Of a stretch of DNA of 64,000 bases, positions 50,940 to 64,000 are shown in pieces. Made by a program: the position numbers and the translations under genes. The stretch lies in assembly GCA_951406725.2 (NCBI GenBank), contig OX597839.1, positions 30,008,001 through 30,072,000 on the forward strand, in the 5' to 3' direction. This DNA comes from Octopus vulgaris (lineage: Eukaryota). Below the pieces are notes generated by a model, which was not told where the DNA came from, did no database searches, and was given only the letters and a program-made list of their open reading frames with translations. Each line of letters starts with the position of its first letter. Within the stretch, counting starts at the first letter, position 1.

Positions 50940-53155
50940 GAAGAACATGTTTTTTTGCATCATAATGCTTCATCATCAACAGATAATTTATCCATAGTCC
51001 ATAAGAAGTGTCATTCTTATGTGTTCTTATTCTTTTCAGCATTGATTCTGCAGCCAGTGGTTGAACCTCTTCATCTTGATGGATGTGAAAGGAGGTGGTG
51101 CCAGAGGTGGCTGCTCAGGCCAAGGATGGTATAGAAGAGCCAGGAGGCATTTATCGAAGGAGAGAGTTGTTGGGGAGCGAGGAAGTGCAAGTTGCTCTTT
51201 GCCTCTCGATGCCTGTTATTTTCTGTCAGATCTGTTTCCTTGACAATAACATACCACCACTTTGGGCAATCCTTGGTAATTGTATCCCAGGTATTTGGTT
51301 CAAAGAACAGCAGAGGAGAGTGACCTTGAGCTCATTTCAGAAACAAAATTTAGGGGGCTCTGAAGGAGTTGACAGGGGAGGTACTTTTGAGGCATACATA
51401 TGATGTATCCCAACCAGCGAAGGTGGTGCCATGCTACAATGGCTTCATTTCTGGGCAGTCCAAGCTGGAGCAAAAGCTCTTCATTGGTAGTATAGTCCTT
51501 CCAGCAAGTCCCCATGATTACAAATTCTGTGCTGTTGGAAACGTTTGATTTTCTTCAAGTTTCATCAATGCAACACCCACATCTCACAGCCGTAAAGAAG
51601 TGTGGAAAGGACAACAGCTCAGAATACCATTCTTGTCTGTAAACAGCAAAGAATAAAGTTGCCAATTTGGAATAAGTTGGATGGTTTAACAGGATCTGAC
51701 AAGTAAAGGATCTGCATCATGCTCTAATGTATACTCTGGCAGGATTTCTACATCTGGATGTCCTTCCTAACAGCAAGTATTTCACAGTGTACTGAGTGTT
51801 TTCTTCATGGCACCAGCACTAGTGAAGATCACCTCCTAACTTACAAGACAAGGAGTCTAAAGTGCCCTCTACATGAGGCATAATAGGAAAGAGATCGGGT
51901 GATGATTCTTGGATGAGGAATGGTAAGAAGAGAAGGTGGAGGAATATGGCAAGAAGAGAGGAAAGAGGTTAGAAAACAGGGGCTACTGAAAAAAAAGGGT
52001 GGGTATAGTTGGAAGGTGACAGAGTGGTCTAGAGCTACCCAACATTTTAAGAGAAGCATAAGGACAGAAAGTCTGAGGTATAAGAAGGGAACAGACAGGG
52101 GTGGATAGGAATTCCAAAAGAGTAATTAAAAGAAAATGAGGAGAGGAAGTTGTGCAGGTACATCAGAGAAGGAAGATAAGGGGTGTTGAGGATAAGTAGC
52201 AGGTAAGGGACAGTGGGTAAGTGCAGTAAAAGCAATGAGAGATATTTGACAGAAAGGGGAGAGCAAAGTGCAAGTACCACAAAAGCATCCCTGATGTGAA
52301 GGCAGTGGTGAGGCTGGAGAGAGGAGGAGGAGGAAGTTATAGGTGGATGCAGTAAAAAAGAGACTAGAAGGCATCCTGGAAGTGTAAGAGCAAACATATG
52401 TACAAAAAAACCGTATGTATACATGAGCACACATGACTTTGCAGTCCAAAGCAAGAATCCACAGGTGTCACAAAGATAGTCTGTCGTATAGATTGAGGTG
52501 GACACTGCCCAGTAACATCTGTCTTTTGCAGCAGCAAGGCAGTGTTGCCAGTCCTCTTCAAAGACAGCTGCAGCTTATAAGGTGAAAGACCTCTACACTG
52601 ATCTGTCTGTGGCAAAAGCTTCAAGTTTGCATGGACTAATGCCACTCCATTTGAGGTTGATTTTCAGAGTGTCCTTGTATCTAATGCCTTTTTGTTTGCA
52701 TGAACCCTACACAAGCTCACCACACAACAGTTGTTTGGGTACACAGCTGTCAGTCATTCTGATGATGTGGCCAGAAAGGTTCAATGGCTGTTGAACCAGA
52801 TCTGTTCAGTACTTCTTGGTTTGTCACTCTGTCCTACCAGAGAATGCCCGTGATCCTGCACAGTGCCATTATCAGAAACTGTTCCACCAGTTTGATGTGC
52901 CAGTAGTATGCGGTTCATGTTTCACACTCACTGAGTAGAATTGAGGCAACTACGGCCTTGTAAGCCTTGAGCTTTGTTGACAGTCTGATGCCTTTCTGCT
53001 AGAAGACTTTCACTTTCAGTCTTCCAAGTGCTTGGCTGGCCTTGTGGATTCTGGATGAGATTTTGCTGTCCAGTGGTCCATCAGCTGAGATTGTGCTGCC
53101 AAGGTATCTGAAGCTCTCCACACACTTCAGCTGGACTCCTTCAGTGGTGATTCTC
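50940..53155 (-). mobile_element. Patchwork of decayed RTE-like LINE 3' fragments and a purine-rich 3'UTR remnant
   Basis: TNEELL...HLRWLGY at 51300-51515; FRYLGSTIS, TKLKAYKAVVASILLS at ~52900-53120. Confidence 0.55.
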
Positions 53156-53645
53156 ACTACATTCCCCTCTACTCAATCACCTATTCTCATGAACTTACCT
53201 GCCTACTCACCCTGTCCAATCCTCTGTACCACTTATATACATCTCCCTATAACTTCAGGGTACACTCAATACATCTTCACCAAATTTCTCGCTTTCTCTC
53301 TCTTTTTGCAGCTGAGATAATCATGTATCTTGTCTAAAGAAAGACATCTGTTCTTGTCCCTCTACCATACTTGAACCTCACATCAACTAGCACAAAACCA
53401 CCTCCCTCAATACTACTCCCCTCTCAAATTGGGGACTTTGCCTTGCAAGTTATTTGGTGACCTTGCTGGTGCAGGTGCAATGTAAAAAAAAAAAACACTC
53501 AGTTCACTCTGTAAAGTGGTTGATGTTAAGAAGGACATCCAACTGTAGAAACAAATGCCAAAGTAGACAGTGGAGCTTAATGCAGTCTTCTGGCTTACCA
53601 GCTCCTGTCAAACCATCCAACCACTGCCAGTGTGGAAAGACAATG

Positions 53646-53676
<31 letters not shown>

Positions 53677-54699
53677 TATATACACACACATCATCATTTA
53701 ACATCCATGTTCTATGCTAGCATGGGTTGGACATTTTGATAAAATGTGTCCAGGGACTGCATCATTATCCAATGTCTGCTTTTGGCATGATTTCTCATTG
53801 GATGTTCTTCCTAACTCTAACCACTTTACAGGGTGTTTTCGTGTGACACAAGCACTAATGAGGTTACCATACAACTTGCAAGATTAAGATTCCCTTCAAC
53901 TAAGTGGAGCTTCAGTAGAAAGAGAGGTGGCTTTATGCAGGGAGATGAGAGAAGGGAACAGAATAGGTTTCTTGCAGTAGAGGAGTTACATGGCTACTCA
54001 CGTAATAGGAGAGAGGATGGAGAGGGAAAAGATAAAAGTGTGGTGATGAGATATCAAGGTGAACTCTCAAGGTAAAAGGTGAGTAAAGAATGGAGAGGAG
54101 GGGATGATAGCAATCATAGCAGTGTATAGGAGAGTGAGGAGAGACTATAATGAAGAAGAGGTTTTGAAGTATAAGGGAAGAGTAGGTGATAACTGTAGAA
54201 AACGAGTAGAATTGAGGGGTGGATGGTAACACATGATACATAGGAGTTGGGATGTGGGCAAGAATAGGAAATTGTTGACAGTGTAGAAAAAGGTAGAATG
54301 AAGAGGTACAGTATAGTAATAATGGAGATGAGGGAAGAATGAGCGCTAAAGTGAGTGACACAGAGATGATGTGTGGTTAAAGCTAATCAAAGATGGGCAG
54401 AGAGTATTCAGAATGAAGGATGCATAACAAGGAAAATGGTTCTGGGTAGTAAGAATGATAAGTGATAACAATGGAAAGTTAGTGAAGCATATAGTTCTGC
54501 CTGTATATTATAACAGCTGCAAAATACTGCAGTTAGAGCAATGTTGGGTAGTGGGAATGTTTTCAGGAGGAAATTGAGCATGAAGGGCCCAGTTATGCAC
54601 AAATATATATATATATACACACACACACATTGTGCTTCCAGAATCTGTTTCACAAAGCTGGCAGTTTTCTCAAGAACCACACGTCACCAGTCATCCTAG

Positions 54700-56420
54700 T
54701 CCTTCGACATCTCTGTGCTATTCAAGGTCCCAAGATCAACTTTCACCTCTTTGTGCTGTCTTTCTGGGTCTCCTTCCACATCAAGTGATTAGTACTTCTT
54801 TATACAGCTGTCCTCATCCACATGCTTCCCATCTCCACATCAGTATAGTTTTCTTTTGTTGTTCATCCAATAGAGCATTCCAGCTTCATTTCTTTCCAGT
54901 TTTCTTAAGTCCTCTCCATTTAAGGCCCATGTCTCACCAACATACAGCATTGCAGTTCTAACACAAATGTTATACATTCTGCTCTTCACTCTGAGGGAAA
55001 AGCCTATTTTGTTAGTAGCAGTCCTCTAAATCTTCTCCAACCTCTTCTTACCCTGGATACTACACTTTCAGAGCAACCACTTCTCCTGCTAATTACATCT
55101 TGGTAATAAAAACTATTAGCTACTTCTAGTCAGCCATCCTAAGAGTTAAGAGACTCTATATCCAGTGTAATCATAGTACAGACTACTGCTCCAGTCTAAC
55201 TGTCACTAAAGAATCTTCCTTTCTCTTAATCTACCTCTGATTCTCCAACATCTTTTGGGTGTCCACACCTTATAGTGGGTACAGAGTATAGAGTTCATAC
55301 CTATTCCTTTTCTAAGCAAGAGCATTTCCCTGAAGATACAAGGGTCTTGACTTCTATTTTTCTTAATAAAGTCTTAGTTTTTGCTAAGTTTACCTTGAGG
55401 TCCCTTAATTATAGGTTTAGCTTCCATGGCTAGAATTTCCAATTTAATTCTACTAAAGATTTAGCTAAGAGAATTAGATACTCAGCATGCAGGGGTTACC
55501 ATAGACGCCATGATGCTCTGTAAGACTATGATGACAAGAGGACTAAGCCTTGATGGACAGCCCGGTGAATGTTTCCCTGTACACTTAAATCATCACTATA
55601 CTTATGGCTCTCACCCAACTGACAACACCCCTGCACATGGCTTGTATGGCTCTCACAAACCAGTCTACCCCTAGTTTCCTCAGAGACCACAATATCACAG
55701 AGCAAAGGACTCTGTTGAAGGCTTTCTCATGCATCTTTAAACAGCTTGTACAGCCCTCACAAGCCATTCATCTACACCTACTTTCGTACTACATGCACTA
55801 CCTTGTCAAATGCCACAAATAGTGGTTTACTCTCAGCTAAGTATTTCACTCGGAAGACTGCATCCGTGGTATCTCAAGGTACAAAGCCAAGCTGTATCTC
55901 ATCAAGGTCTTCTCTGTCAGAAATTGTGCTATGACTCTCTATGTGACCTTCATTACCTGATCCAGTAGTTTGACTTCTCAATAGATTCACCTAAGTCATC
56001 CCTTTGCCTCTGTAGCTGTTTATGATGATACTTCTATGCCAGACATTGAGTGTAATACCTTCCTTTATAACACGATTTAAATATCCATGCGATAATCATC
56101 TATCTTAATACAGTTGATATTTTGAAAATCTCAGCAACTATTCCTGATGGACCTGCAGCTTTCTCTCTCTTCATGTCCTTATTCACTCCATGCAGCTGTC
56201 ATCTTGAACTGCTAGTTCCTCTGTAGGGTCAGCAGAAGGTGTCCCCTCTATATCCCATGTAGTCTCCACGTTCAGGAGCCTCTTACAATAGCACTTCCAC
56301 GCTACATTCTTGTCTTCCAGATTGATGACAAGTATGCTTTTATCCTTCTGAATGCACTTCTCACCAATGACGTCTCAGTTCTCTTACAGTCTCACAATCC
56401 TGGACACTTCACGCTTCTGA
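54700..56420 (-). mobile_element. Highly decayed RTE LINE
   Basis: EKAFNRV...LWSLRKLGV and AAGPSGIVAEIFK remnants. Confidence 0.65.
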
Positions 56421-56836
56421 TCCAAACACACACACATGCATATTTTATATATATATATATATATATATACAACGATAGACATGTATACATGTACACGCAC
56501 ATTTAATATAAAAAAAACATCCCCATATATACACACATATACATCGTATTATATAGTCATATAACTACACACGCATATATATGTGCGCGCACGCACATAC
56601 ACATACATTTATATATGTCCGTGTGCTACAATGCGTTTTGGTATGTGGAAACTAATAAAACAAATAAAATATGGATCTTGTATCAAAATCATAGATATAC
56701 AGGTTATTCAATGAATTCACTGAAACAATCACCAGCCGAGATAAACACACGTATAAATAATGAAATCAATTAACAGCATTTTGTTTTGTTGGTTTTTTTT
56801 ACACAGCCAGATAACTGACAATTTGATTGCTGATAA

Positions 56837-56946
<110 letters not shown>

Positions 56947-57099
56947 TTAGATAGATTTACTGTACAGAAATGTGTTGTGTGTACAAGTTAGTATATACAT
57001 CGTACAGATATGTATACATACATATAAATATATGTATCGTATTTAGTGTGTGTATGATAAATAAATATATGTAATTTATTTATACATATATATATATAT

Positions 57100-57600
57100 A
57101 TATGTACACACACTCAGAGAAAAATTCATATGGTAAGCTATGCTGCCAAGACGAGCGAATATAGAGTAGAAGAGTGTAATGAGTTTAATGTATAAACAGA
57201 GTTGAAGCAAAGAGATACAGCAGTTTAGGAAAGGTAATAGGAGACGGGAGAGTAGAGGACGTATCTGTTGTATTTCTAGCATTTCAATAGTTTAGGAGAC
57301 TGTGTTATTTGGTTGTTACTGTTCTAGTGTGGTTGTTGATGAGTGTATTTGCGATAATTAGTGATTTACCTGCCTGTGAAATACGTCAGAACCAAATACC
57401 ACCACAAGAAGAAAAACTGGAAACCAATTCGCAAAGATGGGTTCCGTCGGAGTCACGTGACCGAGTCAACGTTTCCGGAAGTTTGTCTTCGACGTTGGAA
57501 GAAACGTCGAACGGGCGCGATGGTTCGTTGCGAGAGGAAGACGGCAAATATTTATTAAAATCATTAGATACCATGCAGGAAGGAGCGTGTTTGCATATAT
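57100..57600. promoter_or_regulatory. CpG-rich promoter or first-exon island
   Basis: Dense CpGs; perfect GTCACGTGAC (CLEAR/USF-type E-box) near 57452; TTCCGGAAGT (ETS) near 57473; minus-strand donor CAG|gtaaat at 57369. Confidence 0.55.
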
Positions 57601-58006
57601 ATATATATTATATATTTTAAAACAAACTAGCGTATGTATATATATATATACATAAACACATTTGTATGTGTGTATATATATATATGTGTATATATTTGTG
57701 TGTGTATAGACACACACAGCATATTTATATATCATAATCATCATCATCACTGAAAGTTCACTTTTCCATGCTAGCATGGGTCAGACGGAGATTATTTTAG
57801 GCGGATTTGTCTACGACCGGGTGCCTCTTCCTATCGCCAACCCTCACCTCCTTACAAACACGGTAATATTTCTCCATGGTTAAACATACTTGCGCAGAAT
57901 TTTGGAAATGAATGACATTGCTTGCATAACAATGACACTCATTTACAACTATCAGGCAATGTCAAGACAAGGAGGCAAAAACACACACATTACCTGTATG
58001 TGTTTG

Positions 58007-58041
<35 letters not shown>

Positions 58042-58042
58042 C

Positions 58043-58270
58043 ATAAAGTGTTAATCAAATACAGAGAGTAATATGGAATTGAATAAATGACAAAGGAACA
58101 GAAAATTATATACAATGAACCACATTAGCTTATAGCTTTTTCTGCTAGATGATGCAATGTTAAGTGCTAGTGCATGAACTGATACCTTCCCCAAAACTCT
58201 GCATAGTCTCCTGTTCCTTTGTCACTTATTTAATTTCATATCATGCTTTGTACTTGACAAACAGTTTATT
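58043..58270. mobile_element. Degenerate foldback MITE
   Basis: aataaatgacaaaggaacag...ctgttcctttgtcacttatt, with further partial complementarity in the outer arms. Confidence 0.5.
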
Positions 58271-58639
58271 CTGAAACATATCTATATTCAGTTCTAACAC
58301 CAAGTTATTAGTATCACTATGCCTGATTAAAACATGACCAGAGATTTAGAGATGTTCTAAGTGAAGCATTTGATGAGGGGAAGATATAGAAACATATAGC
58401 AAAGAGGATGATAGGGAGTTCTTACAGGATAACTTACTAAGGGTGATAGACCAAATCTGTGGCAGGAGCAAAGCTTGTCAGATTACACATGACATGGTGG
58501 GGAACAGTGAGGTAGACAGGGCCATAAGAGAGAAGAGATGAGTTATTGAAAAAGTGGCAAAATGAAGGTAGCAAAAGCAACTATGCTGTAATGCTAAAAG
58601 GGAAGCTAGGCAACAGGTTTATCTGACAAGAAAAATGCA

Positions 58640-59340
58640 TACTTCCTTGGTCTTACTTAAATCCCTTTGCCATGTATTGATGCTTTCTTTTACTCTCCTT
58701 TTCCAGAATGGTATTTTGCTTCTCTCTAAACATTCCCATCTCTTTATGACATAAGCAGTAATGTACATCAAGGAATTTAACTCTGCAATGTCCTTAATTG
58801 GAATTCTTCATGACCACTTCATTTGCTTTCCTGAGTTTTGATTTTAGCTTTTCCTTATCATATGACTTCAATGGTGGTAAGCTTTTCCTTTCCTCAAGAA
58901 ACATCATTTTCAGAATTCTGTCATTGAGCGATTCTAGTTCTGGGCTAATTTCTTCTGGTCACTCACTAGTTTGAGATACACTAAGGGCCTCTACAACTGA
59001 TACATTTCCACCTTTCATGTCCAAGTTCTTCTGATTCTCTTGTTCAACAGGTATTTCTTCTGGAAATGTAGTCCCCTGCCATTGTAATTCCTTCTTGTTC
59101 AATCTTTTCCTTCTTAACCTTAATTTGTCTAATTTGATCAGCTTATCTTTGTTCATTCACATATTTCAGCTCAGCATGTTGGTCATATTTTCTCTCCAAA
59201 TGTTCTCTTTTATCCATATTAATCTCCTTTACTGTCGTGGGTCAGTAGTTGCTCGATTACAACTGAGCCCACACTGCTTATTTTCAGAAAACAGCCCTGA
59301 AAGTGGTTTATGACTCATTCAATTGCATGGCTATTAACTC
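58640..59340 (-). mobile_element. N-terminal fragment of an R4/Dong-like non-LTR retrotransposon
   Basis: Minus-strand remnants VNEQR*ADQIRQI and KIPFWKRRVKESINTWQRDLSK resemble the EQRLADQ and PxWKRRLxxxIxxxRxDLS motifs of R4/Dong/Rex6 ORFs (recognised from memory). Confidence 0.55.
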
Positions 59341-61199
59341 CAGTGAGTTCATCTACTCTTTAACAGATCACCAAATAATTTACAAGACAAAACCCATTAA
59401 CAGAGTGGGGCTGTACTGCTGAGGGAGGTGAATTTGTGTCAGGTGTTGAGAAGCTAAAGTATGATAGGACAGGCTCAGGTATCTTGCTGTATAAAAGATA
59501 CATGACTACTCCAACTGGAAAGAAAGGAAACATGGTGGTGATGAGGTGACATACTCTCAAGATACAAGAAGATGGACAAAAAGAATATAGAGAGAGTACT
59601 GAGGATAGCTGGATGGGGAGGTTTATGGGAGTGTGAGAGAAGCATGAGAGGTGAATGCAGTGAATGGTAAACATAGGTGAAGGTATGGGAGTAGTGAGTT
59701 TCATTCTGGGGGAAGGTAGAAAGAAATTGAAGTGGGTTAGGTAGAAAAAGGTGATGGGTGGGTAATACAAAAAAAAGGGCTGAGAGAGGTAGAGATCAAC
59801 AGTATATGACAGAGATGGAGGTCAGAGGTGCATAGGGTGAATATAGTGAATGACGAAAAAAGGTAGTGGGGAATTGGCAAATATGAGAGGAAGTTCAAGG
59901 GAAAAGAGTATTGTGGAAAATGAAGTGGTAAGGGATGATGTTGAAAGTGTGAGATGGTTGACAAGGGAAGCAGTTCCCAGGGGAGGGACAACTAATAGCA
60001 CAAAAGGGGGAATGGAATACATAGAGTTCTGCTCACATATAATTACAGCAGATAGGGAAATGGCTCCTTCGAAGGATGAAGGAAGGATAGGTATTATGAA
60101 GATGAATTGACAGGAACAGATTGGGTGTGGGAGCATAGACATTAGCAATACTTTTAGGATGGATGAGTTATCTTGAGCATAAGAAATCACCCATCATCTC
60201 CTCCATATATGTATGTATGCCAGTGCAATTTGGAAAAAGAAACCCTGCATACTGGTAAGCAGGTTCTATTCCGTTTGTGAAAACTGTTGGCTATGAAAAG
60301 TCTAGAGAATTTTGTTTCATTTCCTCATGTAAGAGGTGGAGAGCAGTATTTGTTTCTTTGCATTCTCATCAAAATAGAGTTACTTATGGAAAGACAAAAA
60401 AAAAGGGGTTAAATAAACTCTACTTGTTAAACTCTTTCTACTGTCTTCGTCCTTCAGAGTTGTCTACTGTCTATTACTGCTTTGACTCTCATAGCTACCA
60501 TTGTCTGGTCACAATGCACCTTGTATCATTTTAGCTTTTAAATAATGCCACCCCACTGCTGGCCAAGATTCCCCCTAATTGGAAGGCTAATTATCACAGG
60601 GTTACCCATGTACAGCTAAGTGGACTAGAGAAACATGAAATGAAATATTTCAATCAAAAACACAATGTGCCACTTGGTCGGGGAACTGAACCCACGATCT
60701 GGTGATTGTGAGCGCAGCACCCTCACTACTAGGCCATGCACCTTCACCATAACCATAATAAATAGCAGAAGCAGTGACTGCTGCAGCTACATTCGCTGAA
60801 ATACTACATTTGTGGGCTGTGGCTAACAGTCCTGCTCATTTGCGATTGGTTGCAGACTTGACAACTGCCAACATCAACGACAATGATTTCCCCTTTGATC
60901 ATCAGGGATTCAGGATTGTCATCAGTCTAAATTGCTGGTTGGTGTGAAGGATGAGGATGTAGGGTGGTGTGTGTGAAGTAGACACAATATTTATAAGTGG
61001 GGACGACATAGATACTTCTGTCGGTGCATTGGAACAAATGAATGAGCTTTTGTTGGTGCTAATTGCTCCTAAAGATGATGATGCAGACACTTCTCTTGAT
61101 AATAACCTATTCTGTGTAGACTGTTATTGATTAAAAAGTGAATTGCCAATTTGTGGATCAATTTCCAAGTCATACAGATACCACAAATATAAGACATGA

Positions 61200-62265
61200 G
61201 GTATTTGTTTCAGGGCTGGAAAAATGAAAGAAGTGAACTCAAAGCCAGCTGTAAAGAACAAAGAGATCATAGGTTTGATGTGATGGAATTTGCAACCATG
61301 TTACGACCCAAGCAAGTAAGTAAGCTTAAGGCAGTCCATCTTGACAGATCACAACATTGTCTTTGATCCTTAGGGGTTGTCTTGATGGCATTGGCAGGCC
61401 CTCTCGTGGTTAAAATGGTCAATTCTGGAGGCACATGTCCGATTATACTGAGAGCAGTGAAGAGGGCTCTGACAAAGATGAGCTCATCTAGGATTTTGCT
61501 GAAATTCGTTGAGCTGTCTCCGCTTTCCTTCGTGAAGTCTAGTCCACTCATTCTCAAAATGCAGTGTACCAGTTTTGACTGTACCCCTCCAGGTAGTACG
61601 GTCTGTGGCCAGTGTTTCAAGTTCACCAGGAGGGATGTTGCAGAGCTTCAGGGATTTCTTGAGATGATCTTTATATTGCTTCTTTGGACCTCCGTGAGGT
61701 TAGTTACCCTCTGCTAACTCCCCCAAAAGGACAATTTTGGGTATACAGTTTTCTGGCATCCTGATAATATGTCTCACCTAGTGCAGTTGACATTTAAGGA
61801 TCATGCATTGGATGCTGGTCAGTTTCGCTCATCTCAGAATCTCCATATGTGGGATCTTGGCCTTCCATTCCAGGTCAGATGAAGAATGCACTGGAGTCAG
61901 TGGATATGAAAGGCTTCGAAGAGTTTGACATGATGACGATAAAGTGACGAGGTTTCTGAGGCAAACAGAAGCATGGAAACCAAAACAGCATGATAAACCT
62001 CAACTTTCGTGGAGAGATTCAAATCATGATTAAGGAAGACCCAATCCTTGAGACGTCCAAAAGCGGAGGAGGCAAGGTGGATGCGATTCTGAATTTCGTG
62101 GTCAATGACCCCATTGCTTGAGATGCTGCTACCCAAATAGGTGAATTTGTGTTCTTTAGCCAGTTGTTTTGGATCGAAAGAGTCACAGGGCGTGAACCAT
62201 TTTTGGAGCGTTGAAGGATCTCTGTTTGCTTGGTGTTGACCTGGAGTCCAGCACACAACATCTAG
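61200..62265 (-). mobile_element. RTE (BovB-like) LINE 3' fragment
   Basis: FTYLGSSISSNGVIDHEIQNRIHLASSAFGRL...TKVEVYHAVLVSMLLFASET. Confidence 0.75.
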
Positions 62266-62634
62266 GTTCTGCTGACGTTTAAGTATACATTGGAATTATA
62301 TTTCACTGTGGTGTTCATCATTTAATATCTGTCTCCATGCTCTGGAACTCAGAACATAAGAACAAATGAAATGCTGCTAAACATTTTGCCTGGTGTGCTA
62401 ACAATTCTGTCACCTTGAGAATAATATAGATGTTTTCGATCTAGTTTGAATTCTTTGCAATCAAATTTGAATTTTTCAATTGGTGCTCAAGCCTTAAAAA
62501 AAAGAGAGTTAAACTGCATCAGCCGTAAGGCAATACATGTCTATCTTATCTAACTTGTTCAGTAGAGCCCACCAATTGATATCTGAAAAGTTCGATGAAA
62601 TATCTAATGAACACTGCCATAGCTTCTACCAAAA

Positions 62635-62830
62635 GATTCCTTCCACTGTGTGAGAGTGGCACATCTTCACACAGCTCTCTTCATCCATCTGTAGTACATG
62701 ACCATATCAACACAAACATCTCTCTTGCACACAACATCCGATGCTTCTTATGTCCAACAATTCTCTCAGGGTGCTTACACTCTGTCGCGTGTGCACAGAC
62801 ATTACACATCCAGCGGATCATGCTAGCTTC
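62635..62830 (-). mobile_element. Short RTE fragment
   Basis: Homologous to 25080-25250 (WYGHV region). Confidence 0.7.
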
Positions 62831-62899
62831 ACCTGCATTGTACATCAGTGCCAGAGATTATTTATATGAGTTAACACGTGCTATTTGAATTTTTCCTTA

Positions 62900-63500
62900 A
62901 TAGAACGGTCGAATTACACAAATCCGGATTTTTCTAGTTTAATTACAAAGAGTCGAAACTCAAACTTTAACAATTACTCACATTTATAAACTACGAAGTG
63001 GAAAATGGAGGCTTTGAGACGAGTAAAAAGGTAACTGGATATGAAATGAAAGAAGAGAGGAGTAAATAATAATTTATTCTAACGGTTATGCGAGACGAAT
63101 AAAAAGACGACAGCTTCCCAGATTAGATTAAACGATTAATTGTGATTAGGAGGTGAAAAGAGACGAAATCAAACCGGAAGTATAAATAGACAAGCGATAG
63201 GAAGTTAAATCTTCTGACAAAAGAGAGAGAATGAGATGAATTTATTTACTATTGTTTACCGCCAGATGTCGCTGTAAGTATTGTTTTTGTTGAGAAGTGA
63301 AAGTGAAATTAACGTTGCTTGACTGTATTCGAGTTTATAACATTTTGATAGTACAGCATGGAGAAGATTGGACAGGTTTCGTTCGCTTACATTAGACAAT
63401 CAAGGGATCTTCCTGGTTTAGTCGTTTATTTACATCTCTCATACACACACGCATATATACATGCGGTAGGATCGAAGCAGGAATAACATGGTTGCGAAGA
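62900..63500 (+). promoter_or_regulatory. CpG-rich promoter of a neighbouring gene, probably on the + strand
   Basis: CpG enrichment; ACCGGAAGT (ETS) followed directly by ATAAATA at about 63173-63188; CTCF-like CCGCCAGATGTCGCT at about 63259 followed by donor gtaagt at 63274. Confidence 0.5.
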
Positions 63501-64000
63501 CAACTTATATCCTTGTCTGTGTGGCCAATATGGTCCTATCTATCTTCATTTAAAAAGCCAAGCTGTGCAAAAATTATACATGTGTGCGTGCGTGTGAGAA
63601 AGAAGAGACTCCTATAAAACACAAGCTCAATACTCAGTCAATGTACCTCTCTGTTTCGAATCACATCACGTAAAAACTATTATGCATAACAAAACAAACG
63701 TTTATATAAATTTACACATGGCTGAATAAACCGTGTGTGTGTGTATGCACACATATATATATATTTGTGCATGTGTATATGTGTATCTACATTTCCTTGA
63801 CATCACGTTATAGCTGTAAATGAAGCTCATCATCATACAAGCAGTGTTATTCATTTTCATTCTTCTGTAGGAATCCTGTCCAGCGGCAGGAAATTTTGCA
63901 CTGCTTAGACACAGGTGATGGTTGACAACAGGAATGGTAACTGGCCATAAAAAATCTTCCTCAATTATTTTTGTGTGACCCATACAAACATGGAAAAGTA

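Noticed and set aside
59550-60180. Strongly purine-skewed tracts with ORFs (also 51850-52400 and 53900-54600)
   Set aside because: They match the reverse of the pyrimidine-rich 3'UTR of older RTE copies (compare 32250-32850).

Overview
Eukaryotic, AT-rich, CpG-depleted and repeat-dense animal genomic DNA. The (TA/CA)n microsatellite load, RTE-type LINEs with (TGA)n tails and tRNA-derived SINEs suggest a coleoid cephalopod, probably Octopus; this is inference, not a database result. The only well-supported protein-coding gene is the 5' part of a GIGYF1/2-family gene on the minus strand. Five coding exons (27087-27056, 22891-22681, 12806-12698, 5964-5865, 2986-2829) join with canonical GT-AG sites and matching phases, encode the 4EHP-binding motif YRYGREEML, and the gene continues beyond position 1. 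CpG-rich promoter-like islands lie at about 39.6-41.6 kb (likely the GIGYF promoter), 57.1-57.6 kb and 62.9-63.5 kb. Most of the rest is decayed RTE, CR1 and R4/Dong-like LINEs, Tc1/mariner relics, piggyBac-like and foldback MITEs, SINEs and microsatellites. Almost all ORFs in the supplied track are TE fragments or microsatellite artefacts. The most notable observations are: (1) a ~295-bp, ~98-99% identical inverted tract shared by two otherwise diverged Tc1 relics 24 kb apart that bracket four GIGYF exons (candidate long-range dsRNA, circRNA or editing element); (2) a candidate in-frame cassette exon inside the 4EHP-binding region; (3) RTE LINEs with a PHD finger inside the RT region; (4) a 602-bp foldback element with an 8-bp TSD and a TTAGGG core. 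TE boundaries are approximate unless TSDs or TIRs are quoted.
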